Part shown: positions 1 through 37,366 of the stretch, in pieces
Layout of the letters: every line of letters starts with the position of its first letter
Numbering within the stretch: position 1 is the stretch's first letter
Assembly (NCBI GenBank): GCA_002269645.1
Contig: NIVC01003763.1
Location: 1-37,366, forward strand
Length of the DNA: 37,366 nucleotides
Direction of reading: 5' to 3'
DNA from: Macrostomum lignano
Taxonomy: Eukaryota
Translations under genes and position numbers: made by a program
Notes under the pieces: model-generated
Databases searched by the model: none
The model's input: the letters and a program-made list of their open reading frames with translations, nothing else
What the model was told of the DNA's origin: nothing

Positions 1-1482
1 ACATACAATAAGAGTGTTTTTTTCTACTTTTTAAAGTATTCTACTCTAGTTGTCAATGATTATCCTATATTAGAATAATCATGTTGTTACCTCAATTTGT
101 TATAATGTTAATATTTCTATATATTATAAATTTTAATCCCACTGCTAATACCAATTGTAATTCAAAACATTCTCTTATAGCTGTATATAGAGTAAAACAT
201 TAATTATAAATATCATCATAATAGCAAATCAAAAAACAAATAGAATAATAACAGATAGTAAAACCTGGAAAATAAATGTAGAAAAAAGTTAAGGATACAA
301 CTTAAAAACTCAAAGTTTATAAGAATTTCAAAAAGAATTTAAAAATAATGCATTATTTTCAAGCTATTAATAATTATCCTAAGAAGGAAATAAAACTTAA
401 AAATAACAGATACTCAATGTTCTATATACATATTTGGCACCAAAGTTACTTTTAATTGCTCAAATGCATATTTTTGTCAATAAGACTTTGACACTAGCTA
501 TATTAAAAATTTCTAACATTACAATATTTCTAATATGGCATGCATGCTTTTGTCAAAAAATATTTTTAAACTAAGATGTATACTAAATAACTAAAATTGG
601 CTTTTATGTACAAAAGCAAACTAGATATAATTATCTAATATTTAATAAAAAGCAGTGTGATATACTAGTTTATTTTCATATTAGCATATATAAAATATAT
701 TACTAAGGCAATAGCTTTGCAATTTTGCTAAACAGAATAACAAAATAACAAAATACAATAAAATTGCAACTCTGAGCTAATTTATTAGTAAGAACATTTT
801 GAAAATATAGATAAATATAAGCAGTATAGACTATAATATATATAGTATTATATTTTATTATTGTACTTTAGGCTTTAATTTTATTTGATCTATTTTGTAG
901 ATTTGTAGCAGTTTATATCATAATAAAAAGTGGAATTTGCAATCTAGAAAGGCAGATACTCCTAGGTATTGTTTGTTAGCTTCTTGCTTTTTCATTGCAT
1001 TTCATATATAATTCTGACCCCCTTTGATTGACCTCTCTTAATAATATTTATATCCTTGTTGTGTAGTTAAAAATTCATTAAACAGTCTTGCACTTTCAAA
1101 TTTTATTGCTATAATATTTATTTTATTAGACCTATTTATTGCTCCTTGATAATTTGTACCTAGTAGTGAAATTCAATGTCTATTAAACCGTAAAATAATA
1201 AGATAGTAAGATATATAAATTAAAAGCTATAATAAACATTGACTTTGACTTGCAATGTTTATTATCTAAGATAATAACTGAAACCTAAGATGTCAAATTG
1301 GCACCCTACAGACTTCTGCAATTTCTGTGGGTCAGAGAGGCTTGGCAGTGTACTCGTATTGTATTTGATTTTGAACTCTGGCTGATGCAGCTGGCATCCT
1401 AGTTTTTTAATGGAACTGCGATTCTGCTCCTTTAAAAACCCCTGCTTGCAACAGCTTATTGAATTAATTTGCACTGGGATTC

Positions 1483-2028
1483 ATGAAGCCACACGCAGAT
1501 CCCATGGACAATGGGCAACGGTTGCCACCCGGATGGGAGCAACGAATTGACCCAGCAACCGGTCATCCGTACTTTATCGATCATAATAGTCGAACAACAA
1601 CTTGGCGAGATCCCCGGCTGCCGCAGGCACCGTCGCGCCAGCATCAACAGCCAATCAGGGATGGCCAAAACAGTCAGCCAATCAGCGATGCCCAAAACAG
1701 TCAGCCAATCAGGGATGGCCAGAATTCTCAGCCAATCGCTAATAATAGCAGCGAATCTAAAATTGAAGCCGCATTGAAACAAATCGATTCAGTTGAAGAG
1801 CAGAGGCGCCAGTTGGAGGCGCAGGTTAACGAGTTTAGCGGTCAGGCCAATGACAAGCTCTATCGCCACATTGAAGAGTCGTTAACCCGCCTCATGGAGC
1901 GTTTGGATGGCGTTGAATCCGCTGGCGAAGCTGAGATTCGCGACGCTCGCAAGTCCTGCGTGCTTAGGGTGCAATCCTTGCTCCGACAGCTGGAAGCGAA
2001 AGCGGCTGGTCAAACTTCTAATGAATGA
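1483..2028 (+). CDS. BAG3: Single-exon WW + BAG domain co-chaperone (BAG3/starvin-like, minimal)
   Basis: WW motif [31 protein letters not shown]; C-terminal BAG helices ([45 protein letters not shown]). GC-rich ORF in AT-rich flanks. Start could also be the ATG at 1504; ATTAAA at 2137. Orthology to BAG3 is inferred from the WW+BAG combination. Confidence 0.85.
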   Translation: MKPHADPMDNGQRLPPGWEQRIDPATGHPYFIDHNSRTTTWRDPRLPQAPSRQHQQPIRDGQNSQPISDAQNSQPIRDGQNSQPIANNSSESKIEAALKQIDSVEEQRRQLEAQVNEFSGQANDKLYRHIEESLTRLMERLDGVESAGEAEIRDARKSCVLRVQSLLRQLEAKAAGQTSNE

Positions 2029-2189
2029 AATTTTATTTTCTGTTCATCCATGTTTTGGCTTCATTTTTATTGTCTTATTGAAATGATAGATTTTTACTGA
2101 GATTAGCAGCAATTGGACTCTAGCAACTCTTGCAAAATTAAAGTTTCTTAAAAATGCTTTCAAATTGATATCTCTGCTACAAAATCTAA

Positions 2190-5100
2190 AAATAGCCCTT
2201 TAAGGATCCCAAGGAATCACCCTTCAGTACCCTAGAATTCAACCTTAAGTATCCCTAGAAATCGCCTTTGAGTATCTCGAGAATTTACCCTCAAGTATCC
2301 GAGAAATCACCCTTAAGTATCCCTAAAAATCACCCGTAAGTATCCTTAAAAATCACCCGTAAGTATCCCTAAAAATCACCCTTAAGTATCCCTAAAAATC
2401 ACCCTTAAGTATCCCGAGAAATCACCCTTAAGTATCCCGAGAAATCACTCTTAAGTATCCTGAGAAATCACCCTTAAGTATCCCGAGAAATCACTCTTAA
2501 GTATCCTGAGAAATCACCCTTAAGTATCCCGAGAAATCACCCTTAAGTATCCCGAGAAATCACTCTTAAGTATCCTGAGAAATCACCCTTAAGTATCCGA
2601 GAAATCACCCTTAATTATCCCGAGAAATCACCCTTAAGTATCCCGAGAAATCACCCTTAAGTATCCCGAGAAATCACCCTTAAGTATCCCGAGAAATCAC
2701 CCTTAAGTATCCGAGAAATCACTCTTAAGTATCCTGAGAAATCACCCTTAAGTATCCCGAGAAATCACCCTTAATTATCCCGAGAAATCACCCTTAAGTA
2801 TCCCGAGAAATCACCCTTAATTATCCCGAGAAATCACCCTTAAGTATCCCGTAAAATCACCCTTAAGTATCCCGAGAAATCACCCTTAAGTATCCTGAGA
2901 AATCACCCTTAATTATCCGAGAAATCACCCTTAAGTATCCGAGAAATCACCCTTAAGTATCCCGAGAAATCACCCTTAATTATCCCGAGAAATCACCCTT
3001 AAGTATCCCTAGAAATCACCCTTAAGTATCCCGAGAAATCACTCTTAAGTATCCCGAGAAATCACCCTTAATTATCCGAGAAATCACCCTTAAGTATCCC
3101 GAGAAATCACCCTTAAGTATCCCGAGAAATCACCCTTAAGTATCCCGAGAAATCACCCTTAAGTATCCCGAGAAATCACTCTTAAGTATCCTGAGAAATC
3201 ACCCTTAAGTATCCCGAGAAATCACCCTTAATTATCCCGAGAAATCACCCTTAAGTATCCCGAGAAATCACCCTTAAGTATCCCGAGAAATCACCCTTAA
3301 GTATCCCGAGAAATCACCCTTAAGTATCCCGAGAAATCACTCTTAAGTATCCTGAGAAATCACCCTTAAGTATCCGAGAAATCACTCTTAAGTATCCCGA
3401 GAAATCACCCTTAAGTATCCCGAGAAATCACCCTTAATTATCCCGAGAAATCACCCTTAAGTATCCCTAGAAATCACCCTTAAGTATCCCGAGAAATCAC
3501 TCTTAAGTATCCCGAGAAATCACCCTTAATTATCCCGAGAAATCACCCTTAAGTATCCCGAGAAATCACCCTTAAGTATCCGAGAAATCACCCTTAAGTA
3601 TCCCTAGAAATCACTCTTAAGTATCCGAGAAATCACCCTTAAGTATCCCGAGAAATCACCCTTAAGTATCCCGAGAAATCACCCTTAAGTATCCCGAGAA
3701 ATCACTCTTAAGTATCCCGAGAAATCACCCTTAAGTATCCCGAAAAATCACCCTTAAGTATCCCGAGAAATCACCCTTAAGTATCCTGAGAAATCACCCT
3801 TAAGTATCCGAGAAATCACTCTTAAGTATCCCGAGAAATCACCCTTAAGTATCCCGAAAAATCACCCTTAAGTATCCCTAGAAATCGCCCTTGAGTATCT
3901 CGAGAAATCACTCTTAAGTATCCTGAGAAATCACCCTTAAGTATCCCGAGAAATCACCCTTAAGTATCCCGAGAAATCACTCTTAAGTATCCTGAGAAAT
4001 CACCCTTAAGTATCCCGAGAAATCACCCTTAATTATCCCGAGAAATCACCCTTAAGTATCCCGAGAAATCACCCTTAAGTATCCGAGAAATCACCCTTAA
4101 GTATCCGAGAAATCACCCTTAAGTATCCCGAGAAATCACTCTTAAGTATCCTGAGAAATCACCCTTAAGTATCCCGAGAAATCACCCTTAATTATCCCGA
4201 GAAATCACCCTTAAGTATCCCTAGAAATCACCCTTAAGTATCCGAGAAATCACTCTTAAGTATCCCGAGAAATCACCCTTAATTATCCCGAGAAATCACC
4301 CTTAAGTATCCCGAGAAATCACCCTTAAGTATCCGAGAAATCACCCTTAAGTATCCCTAGAAATCACTCTTAAGTATCCCGAGAAATCACCCTTAAGTAT
4401 CCCGAGAAATCACCCTTAAGTATCCCGAGAAATCACCCTTAAGTATCCCGAGAAATCACTCTTAAGTATCCCGAGAAATCACCCTTAAGTATCCCGTAAA
4501 ATCACCCTTAAGTATCCCGAGAAATCACCCTTAAGTATCCTGAGAAATCACCCTTAAGTATCCCGAGAAATCACTCTTAAGTATCCCGAGAAATCACCCT
4601 TAATTATCCCGAGAAATCACCCTTAAGTATCCCTAGAAATCACCCTTAAGTATCCCGAGAAATCACTCTTAAGTATCCCGAGAAATCACCCTTAAGTATC
4701 CGAGAAATCACTCTTAAGTATCCCGAGAAATCACCCTTAATTATCCCGAGAAATCACCCTTAAGTATCCCGAGAAATCACCCTTAAGTATCCCGAGAAAT
4801 CACCCTTAAGTATCCCTAGAAATCACCCTTAAGTATCCGATAAATCACCCTTAAGTATCCCGAGAAATCACCCTTAAGTATCCCGAGAAATCACCCTTAA
4901 GTATCCCGAGAAATCACTCTTAAGTATCCCGAGAAATCACCCTTAAGTATCCCGAAAAATCACCCTTAAGTATCCCTAGAAATCGCCCTTGAGTATCTCG
5001 AGAAATCACTCTTAAGTATCCTGAGAAATCACCCTTAAGTATCCCGAGAAATCACCCTTAAGTATCCGAGAAATCACTCTTAAGTATCCTGAGAAATCAC

Positions 5101-8100
5101 CCTTAAGTATCCCGAGAAATCACCCTTAATTATCCGAGAAATCACCCTTAAGTATCCCTAGAAATCACTCTTAAGTATCCCGAGAAATCACCCTTAAGTA
5201 TCCCGAGAAATCACCCTTAAGTATCCCGAGAAATCACCCTTAAGTATCCGAGAAATCACTCTTAAGTATCCCGAGAAATCACCCTTAAGTATCCCGAAAA
5301 TCACCCTTAAGTATCCCGAGAAATCACCCTTAAGTATCCTGAGAAATCACCCTTAAGTATCCCGAGAAATCACTCTTAAGTATCCCGAGAAATCACCCTT
5401 AAGTATCCCGAAAAATCACCCTTAAGTATCCCTAGAAATCGCCCTTGAGTATCTCGAGAAATCACTCTTAAGTATCCTGAGAAATCACCCTTAAGTATCC
5501 GAGAAATCACCCTTAAGTATCCCGAGAAATCACTCTTAAGTATCCTGAGAAATCACCCTTAAGTATCCCGAGAAATCACCCTTAATTATCCCGAGAAATC
5601 ACCCTTAAGTATCCCGAGAAATCACCCTTAAGTATCCCGAGAAATCACCCTTAAGTATCCCGAGAAATCACCCTTAAGTATCCCGAGAAATCACTCTTAA
5701 GTATCCTGAGAAATCACCCTTAAGTATCCCGAGAAATCACCCTTAATTATCCCGAGAAATCACCCTTAAGTATCCCTAGAAATCACCCTTAAGTATCCCG
5801 AGAAATCACTCTTAAGTATCCCGAGAAATCACCCTTAATTATCCCGAGAAATCACCCTTAAGTATCCCGAGAAATCACCCTTAAGTATCCCGAGAAATCA
5901 CCCTTAAGTATCCCTAGAAATCACTCTTAAGTATCCCGAGAAATCACCCTTAAGTATCCCGAGAAATCACCCTTAAGTATCCCGAGAAATCACCCTTAAG
6001 TATCCCGAGAAATCACTCTTAAGTATCCGAGAAATCACCCTTAAGTATCCCGTAAAATCACCCTTAAGTATCCCGAGAAATCACCCTTAAGTATCCTGAG
6101 AAATCACCCTTAAGTATCCCGAGAAATCACTCTTAAGTATCCCGAGAAATCACCCTTAATTATCCCGAGAAATCACCCTTAAGTATCCCTAGAAATCACC
6201 CTTAAGTATCCCGAGAAATCACCCTTAAGTATCCCGAGAAATCACTCTTAAGTATCCCGAGAAATCACCCTTAATTATCCCGAGAAATCACCCTTAAGTA
6301 TCCCGAGAAATCACCCTTAAGTATCCCGAGAAATCACCCTTAAGTATCCCTAGAAATCACCCTTAAGTATCCCGATAAATCACCCTTAAGTATCCCGAGA
6401 AATCACCCTTAAGTATCCCGAGAAATCACCCTTAAGTATCCCGAGAAATCACTCTTAAGTATCCCGAGAAATCACCCTTAAGTATCCCGAAAAATCACCC
6501 TTAAGTATCCCTAGAAATCGCCCTTGAATATCTCGAGAAATCACTCTTAAGTATCCTGAGAAATCACCCTTAAGTATCCCGAGAAATCACCCTTAAGTAT
6601 CCGAGAAATCACTCTTAAGTATCCTGAGAAATCACCCTTAAGTATCCCGAGAAATCACCCTTAATTATCCCGAGAAATCACCCTTAAGTATCCCGAGAAA
6701 TCACCCTTAAGTATCCCGAGAAATCACCCTTAAGTATCCGAGAAATCACCCTTAAGTATCCCGAGAAATCACTCTTAAGTATCCTGAGAAATCACCCTTA
6801 AGTATCCCGAGAAATCACCCTTAAGTATCCCGAGAAATCACCCTTAAGTATCCCTAGAAATCACCCTTAAGTATCCCGAGAAATCACTCTTAAGTATCCC
6901 GAGAAATCACCCTTAATTATCCCGAGAAATCACCCTTAAGTATCCCGAGAAATCACCCTTAAGTATCCCGAGAAATCACCCTTAAGTATCCCTAGAAATC
7001 ACTCTTAAGTATCCCGAGAAATCACCCTTAAGTATCCCGAGAAATCACCCTTAAGTATCCCGAGAAATCACTCTTAAGTATCCCGAGAAATCACCCTTAA
7101 GTATCCCGTAAAATCACCCTTAAGTATCCCGAGAAATCACCCTTAAGTATCCTGAGAAATCACCCTTAAGTATCCCGAGAAATCACTCTTAAGTATCCCG
7201 AGAAATCACCCTTAAGTATCCCTAGAAATCACCCTTAAGTATCCCGAGAAATCACTCTTAAGTATCCCGAGAAATCACCCTTAAGTATCCCGAGAAATCA
7301 CTCTTAAGTATCCCGAGAAATCACCCTTAATTATCCCGAGAAATCACCCTTAAGTATCCCGAGAAATCACCCTTAAGTATCCCGAGAAATCACCCTTAAG
7401 TATCCCTAGAAATCACCCTTAAGTATCCCGATAAATCACCCTTAAGTATCCCGAGAAATCACCCTTAAGTATCCCGAGAAATCACCCTTAAGTATCCCGA
7501 GAAATCACCCTTAAGTATCCCGAGAAATCACTCTTAAGTATCCCGAGAAATCACCCTTAAGTATCCGAGAAATCACTCTTAAGTATCCCGAGAAATCACC
7601 CTTAAGTATCCCGTAAAATCACCCTTAAGTATCCCGAGAAATCACCCTTAAGTATCCTGAGAAATCACCCTTAAGTATCCCGAGAAATCACTCTTAAGTA
7701 TCCCGAGAAATCACCCTTAATTATCCCGAGAAATCACCCTTAAGTATCCCTAGAAATCACCCTTAAGTATCCCGAGAAATCACTCTTAAGTATCCCGAGA
7801 AATCACCCTTAAGTATCCCGAGAAATCACTCTTAAGTATCCCGAGAAATCACCCTTAATTATCCCGAGAAATCACCCTTAAGTATCCCGAGAAATCACCC
7901 TTAAGTATCCCGAGAAATCACCCTTAAGTATCCCTAGAAATCACCCTTAAGTATCCCGATAAATCACCCTTAAGTATCCGAGAAATCACCCTTAAGTATC
8001 CCGAGAAATCACCCTTAAGTATCCCGAGAAATCACTCTTAAGTATCCCGAGAAATCACCCTTAAGTATCCCGAAAAATCACCCTTAAGTATCCCGAGAAA

Positions 8101-8230
8101 TCACCCTTAAGTATCCTGAGAAATCACCCTTAAGTATCCCGAGAAATCACTCTTAAGTATCCCGAGAAATCACCCTTAAGTATCCCGAAAAATCACTCTT
8201 AAGTATCCCTAGAAATCACCCTCAAGTATC
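2190..8230. repeat. ~6 kb tandem satellite, 23-bp unit GAGAAATCACCCTTAAGTATCCC (~260 copies)
   Basis: Unit read directly; recurring single-base variants; degenerate copies at both edges; no unique spacers. Confidence 0.98.
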
Positions 8231-9005
8231 ACAAACAATTAGCATTCAATATTTTGAAGAAAAAAACGCCTTTCAATATGTCAAAGAATCGCTCCTAAAT
8301 CAATCGCCTTCCAAATTCGATCCGTAATTCGAGGAAAACCATAAAACGATTGATCCCACCCCATTGTGGTGCCGTCGCACACTTGGGACAATTAAATAAC
8401 ATTAATATGGCCGGGCTGTACACGAACTTTCTCAATTAAAACGCCTTTATTCTGTAAATAATATTGCTACTTGTAGTTTTGCTATCTTTGAAACATTTAT
8501 TGCTAAACTACAAATCCATAGATTTAATTTAAATTTCAAAGCATGATAAATTTGCTTGTTAATCTGTTCAGTCGGAACAAAATATTTCATACAATCAGTT
8601 TTCATATCTGTCACCGAACCCGTGTAAGTGTTTCAGCAGTGTGACTTTGCTCTCTTTCACTTGTGTGAAATTTTGTGAATCTATAGACATATAGCTATCT
8701 TATATTTCAATAATGATACGCTCGTAAAGCCTAACTGCACAAATTCTATTATTTTCGGATGCATACTTACTTCTCTTATTCGATGTAATTTTATTTGATT
8801 GCTTGTATTTTATTGACCTGCCGCTTGTAGTCGTTCATATAAAAATTGAAATCTGTACCATCTGCAATGCAGCCGCTTCCATGCTGTTTGGTTGGGACTT
8901 TGTGTTGTAACGTAATTACAGCTGTACATGCTTTTATAAGGCTTGCTAACAGTTTGTAGGTAGTTGGATATTTTGTATTGGTGGGTTTGACATTTAGTGT
9001 AGGAG

Positions 9006-9905
9006 AATTAGGCATTTAGTGCAGGTGGATTAGGCATTTAGTGCAGGTGGATTAGGCATTTAGTGCAGGTGGATTAGGCATTTAGTGCAGGTGGATTAGG
9101 CATTTAGTGCAGGTGGATTAGGCATTTAGTGCAGGAGGATTAGGAATTTAGTGCAGGAGGATTAGGCATTTAGTGCAGTGCAGGAAGATTAGGTATTTAG
9201 TGCAGGAGGATTACGCATTTAGTACAGGTTGATGGATTAGGCATTTAGTACAGGTGGATTCGGTATTCAGTACAGGTGTATTAGGTGTTTAGTACAGGTG
9301 GATCTTACTTAAGCTGTTTAAGATACTTAAACATCTAGTAAAGGTGAATTGAACATCTAGTACATGTGGATTAGGTATTCAGTACAGGTGTATTAGGTGT
9401 TTAGTACAGGTGGATCTTACTTAAGCTGTTTAAGATACTTAAACATCTAGTAAAGGTGGATTGAACATCTAGTACAGGTGGATTAGGCGTTTATTACATG
9501 TGGATTAGGTATTCAGTACAGGTGTATTAGGTGTTTAGTACAGGTGGATCTTACTTAAGCTGTTTAAGATACTTAAACATCTAGTAAAGGTGGATTGAAC
9601 ATCTAGTACATGTGGATTAGGTATTCAGTACAGGTGTATTAGGTGTTTAGTACAGGTGGATCTTACTTAAGCTGTTTAAGATACTTAAACATCTAGTAAA
9701 GGTGGATTGAACATCTAGTACAGGTGGATTAGGCGTTTATTACATGTGGATTAGGTATTCAGTACAGGTGTATTAGGTGTTTAGTACAGGTGGATCTTAC
9801 TTAAGCTGTTGAAGATACTTAAACATCTAGTAAAGGTGGATTGAACATCTAGTACAGGTGAATTAGGTGTTTAGTACATGTGGATTAGACATTTAGTACA
9901 GGCAG
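9006..9905. repeat. 22-bp minisatellite (GGATTAGGCATTTAGTGCAGGT) grading into a 112/134-bp higher-order repeat
   Basis: Near-perfect 22-mers to ~9230. The marker GATCTTACTTAAGCTG then recurs at 9301, 9413, 9547, 9659 and 9793 (spacings 112, 134, 112, 134). Confidence 0.95.
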
Positions 9906-9976
9906 ATTGTCTATTAGTGCATAAAGCATTCAATCGAATTTCGCACCTTCATGCGAGGCAAGCTAACGAAAACAGC

Positions 9977-10423
9977 ATGGCCGAACTGAACGAGCGAGCC
10001 TTCCAGAAGCAGGAGGTGCGCGGCAAGAAGGGCCGCCGCAATCACTACGTGAAGAATGTCGGCCTGGGCTTCAAGACGCCGCGCGAAGCCATCGAAGGCA
10101 GCTACGTTGACAAGAAGTGCCCATTCACTGGCAACGTGCACATTCGCGGCCGCATCTTCACGGGCGTGGTTACTAAGATGAAGATGCAGCGCACCATCGT
10201 GATCCGCAGAGACTATCTGCACTTTGTGCAAAAGTACCAGCGCTACGAGAAGCGGCACAAGAACATGTCCGTGCACCTGTCGCCCTGCTTTCGCGACGTT
10301 GAGCTCGGTGACATTGTGACGGTTGGCGAGTGCCGACCGCTGAGCAAGACCGTCTCATTCAATGTCATCAAGGTGAGCAAAGCTCGCGGCGGCAGCAAGA
10401 AGACCTCCTTCCAGAAGTTCTAA
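9977..10423 (+). CDS. RPS11: 40S ribosomal protein S11 (uS17), single exon, 148 aa
   Basis: [12 protein letters not shown]...[31 protein letters not shown]...[14 protein letters not shown]...[16 protein letters not shown]...[10 protein letters not shown]...FQKF matches eukaryotic S11. The true start is the ATG at 9977; the ORF-track start at 9878 lies in the repeat. AATAAA at 10525. Confidence 0.97.
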   Translation: MAELNERAFQKQEVRGKKGRRNHYVKNVGLGFKTPREAIEGSYVDKKCPFTGNVHIRGRIFTGVVTKMKMQRTIVIRRDYLHFVQKYQRYEKRHKNMSVHLSPCFRDVELGDIVTVGECRPLSKTVSFNVIKVSKARGGSKKTSFQKF

Positions 10424-10681
10424 AGGTGGATTTCTTATGAGGAATGGGATTAACTAACGTTTAATGACAAAATATTGACTCTGGCTCCCGTGGAGTGAAA
10501 AAAGATCAGTTGAAAGTGAATATAAATAAATTGTCCGCAAATTTGCGATTTTGCTGCCTTCGCTTTGGCGCACTGGATTGAAAAAAAGCTTTTTTTGCTT
10601 CTGTTTTGCCTCCGCTCATTCATTTTAGAGGCATGTTGTTTGCTTGGCGAGTCGCCAAGGTGCTTTGACTGACTCGTAAGA

Positions 10682-11340
10682 GCAGCCTTCCAGATCCTCA
10701 GGCTGAGCAGCCAGCCTCCCAGATCCTCAGGCTGAGCAGCCAGCCTCCCAGATCCTCAGGCTGAGCAGGCAGCCTCCTAGATCCTCAGGCTGAGCAGCCA
10801 GCCTCCTAGATCCTCAGGCTGGGCAGCCAGCCTCCTAGATCCTCAGGCTGAGCAGCCAGCCTCCTAGATCCTCAGGCTGAACAGCCAGCCTCCTAGATCC
10901 TCAGGCTGAGCAGCCAGCCTCCTAGATCCTCAGGCTGAGCAGCCAGCCTCCTAGATCCTCAGGCTGAGCAGCCAGCTTCCTAGATCCTCAGGCTGAGCAG
11001 CCAGCCTCCTAGATCCTCAGGCTGAGCAGCCAGCCTCCTAGATCCTCAGGCTGAGCAGCCAGCCTCCTAGATCCTCAGGCTGAGCAGCCAGCCTCCTAGA
11101 TCCTCAGGCTGAGCAGCCAGCTTCCTAGATCCTCAGGCTGAGCAGCCAGCCTCCCAGATCCTCAGACTGAGCAGCCAGCCTCCTAGATCCTCAGGCTGAG
11201 CAGCCAGCCTTCCAGATCCTCAGGCTGAGCAGCCAGCCTCCCAGATCCTCAGGCTGAGCAGCCAGCCTCCCAGATCCTCAGGCTGAGCAGCCAGCCTCCC
11301 AGATCCTCAGGCTGGGCAGCCAGCCTCCCAGATCCTCAAG
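10682..11340. repeat. 29-bp minisatellite GCAGCCAGCCTCCTAGATCCTCAGGCTGA (~22 copies)
   Basis: Direct reading; period 29 (e.g. 10921 to 10950). Confidence 0.97.
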
Positions 11341-11366
11341 ATCTTAGATCACAAAGTTCCTTCAAA

Positions 11367-11627
11367 GGGGCCGTAGCCCAGTAGTATAGCGCGGCGCTCT
11401 TATGTGGCCAGCGGCCCAGGCTCGATTCCAAGTGCAGTCGCATTAAATTGGAGTTAGTGTACATGCCTAACGATAAATAAAGTTAGGGCCGCTGTACACT
11501 CCTGTGTGAGTGTGTGCCTGCGCGTATGACTGCGTACGTATCCGCGCGCTTGTGTGCGCTGCTCAGGGGAGTCGGCGGAATGGGCAGTAATGCCTCTCGC
11601 CGGTTGTGTGACAATGTCGTTAAAGTG
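11367..11627 (+). mobile_element. tRNA-derived SINE-like element, copy A1
   Basis: A-box-like TAGCCCAGTAG and B-box-like GGCTCGATTCC (11419-11429) without a full cloverleaf. The body 11456-11627 recurs inverted at 12673-12845. Confidence 0.6.
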
Positions 11628-12328
11628 CGCCAAGCCCCATGACTCCAATAAAAAAATAATCTTCAAGTCCCTTCAAAGAAGTTTGATAAAAAAAGATGCT
11701 ATTTTGCGATGCAGGAAAAATATTGCTCGTTTATTTGCGTCTTTAAAATTTTCAATAGAGGAAAAATAGGGCATATATAGGATGTACGATAAGATAAATG
11801 TCCATCCTTTTTCCAGTTCAAAAACCGTTATTGACAATGTGTTTTTATTCAGACTTGTTTTTGGGAACCTCTAAGAAAAGTATTTTACTTTTAAATTGTG
11901 CATGCCTTTGCAAACAGCTATTGGCAGTAGTAGCATAGCAGCAAGTCTTAAAAATTTTGGAGAAGAGATAAAAGTGTTACAATATTCTCTAGGCTGTGTC
12001 AGTTTTAAACAAAAATAAGAAAATCTACGTTTATAGAAACTCTTTGCCAGCGGGATGCGTAATAAACAGAAAAATTGATAGATCATATTTATGTGAAAAT
12101 GAATTCTTGGTTGCAAGGACAATTTTTAAAGATGTGTTTATACAGTATATGAGCCAGACAAATTCTAACTGCAAAAATTATTTATTGTTTTATTCTTATT
12201 AAATTTGAACTTCTGTTTATCCTTTTAGTTTATCAAGGTTTTAATTAAGCATTTCAGTCATACGTTTTTCAAGTGCATTCCGCTTCCAAAAACACTGTTC
12301 GATTCCATATACTGAAGACTCGCCTAAG

Positions 12329-37366
<25,038 letters not shown>

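Noticed and set aside
1-1474. Very AT-rich region and 70-aa minus-strand ORF at 1262-1474
   Set aside because: No recognisable motif, termini or splice pattern; could be decayed transposon DNA but is unsupported.
2190-8230. Regular short repeats that might be read as a CRISPR array
   Set aside because: Units are head-to-tail with no unique spacers, no cas genes are present, and the context is eukaryotic. The same holds for the other arrays.
9878-9976. 33-aa N-terminal extension of RPS11 in the ORF track
   Set aside because: It starts inside the minisatellite; S11 similarity begins at the ATG at 9977.
10421-10432. TAAAGGTGGATT at the RPS11 stop matches the upstream array (9831-9842), like a target-site duplication
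   Set aside because: It overlaps the stop codon, leaving no room for a 3' UTR or poly(A) inside the duplication, and the upstream match is not adjacent to the gene; probably chance.
11367-11443. Possible tRNA gene
   Set aside because: A and B boxes are present but no acceptor stem or anticodon arm can be paired; treated as a SINE head.

Overview
Eukaryotic (animal) genomic DNA: GC-rich exons sit in AT-rich, minisatellite-laden non-coding sequence. This organisation resembles a repeat-rich invertebrate such as the flatworm Macrostomum, but the species cannot be proven from the window. Three host genes: (1) an intronless, minimal WW+BAG-domain co-chaperone (1483-2028, +); (2) an intronless 40S ribosomal protein S11/uS17 (9977-10423, +); (3) the 3' ~25 kb of a large polycystin-1-like gene on the minus strand (12329 to beyond 37366). 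I spliced the third by hand into 21 phase-consistent exons (~3000 aa: PKD repeats, REJ, GAIN/GPS, TM1, PLAT, TM/TOP, polycystin channel domain, C-terminal coiled coil). Three apparent 1-nt homopolymer deletions interrupt its 5' exons. A ~6 kb 23-bp satellite and many intronic minisatellites, two inverted SINE pairs, a mariner remnant with a 74-bp hairpin and a TA-flanked MITE are also present. The most unusual object is a ~1.8 kb intronic Penelope-like element (18460-20225). It has a GIY-YIG endonuclease, no reverse transcriptase core, an apparently permuted domain order and a 3' hammerhead-ribozyme motif, and it lies between two (CT)n tracts. No database searches were run; family assignments rest on recalled motifs.
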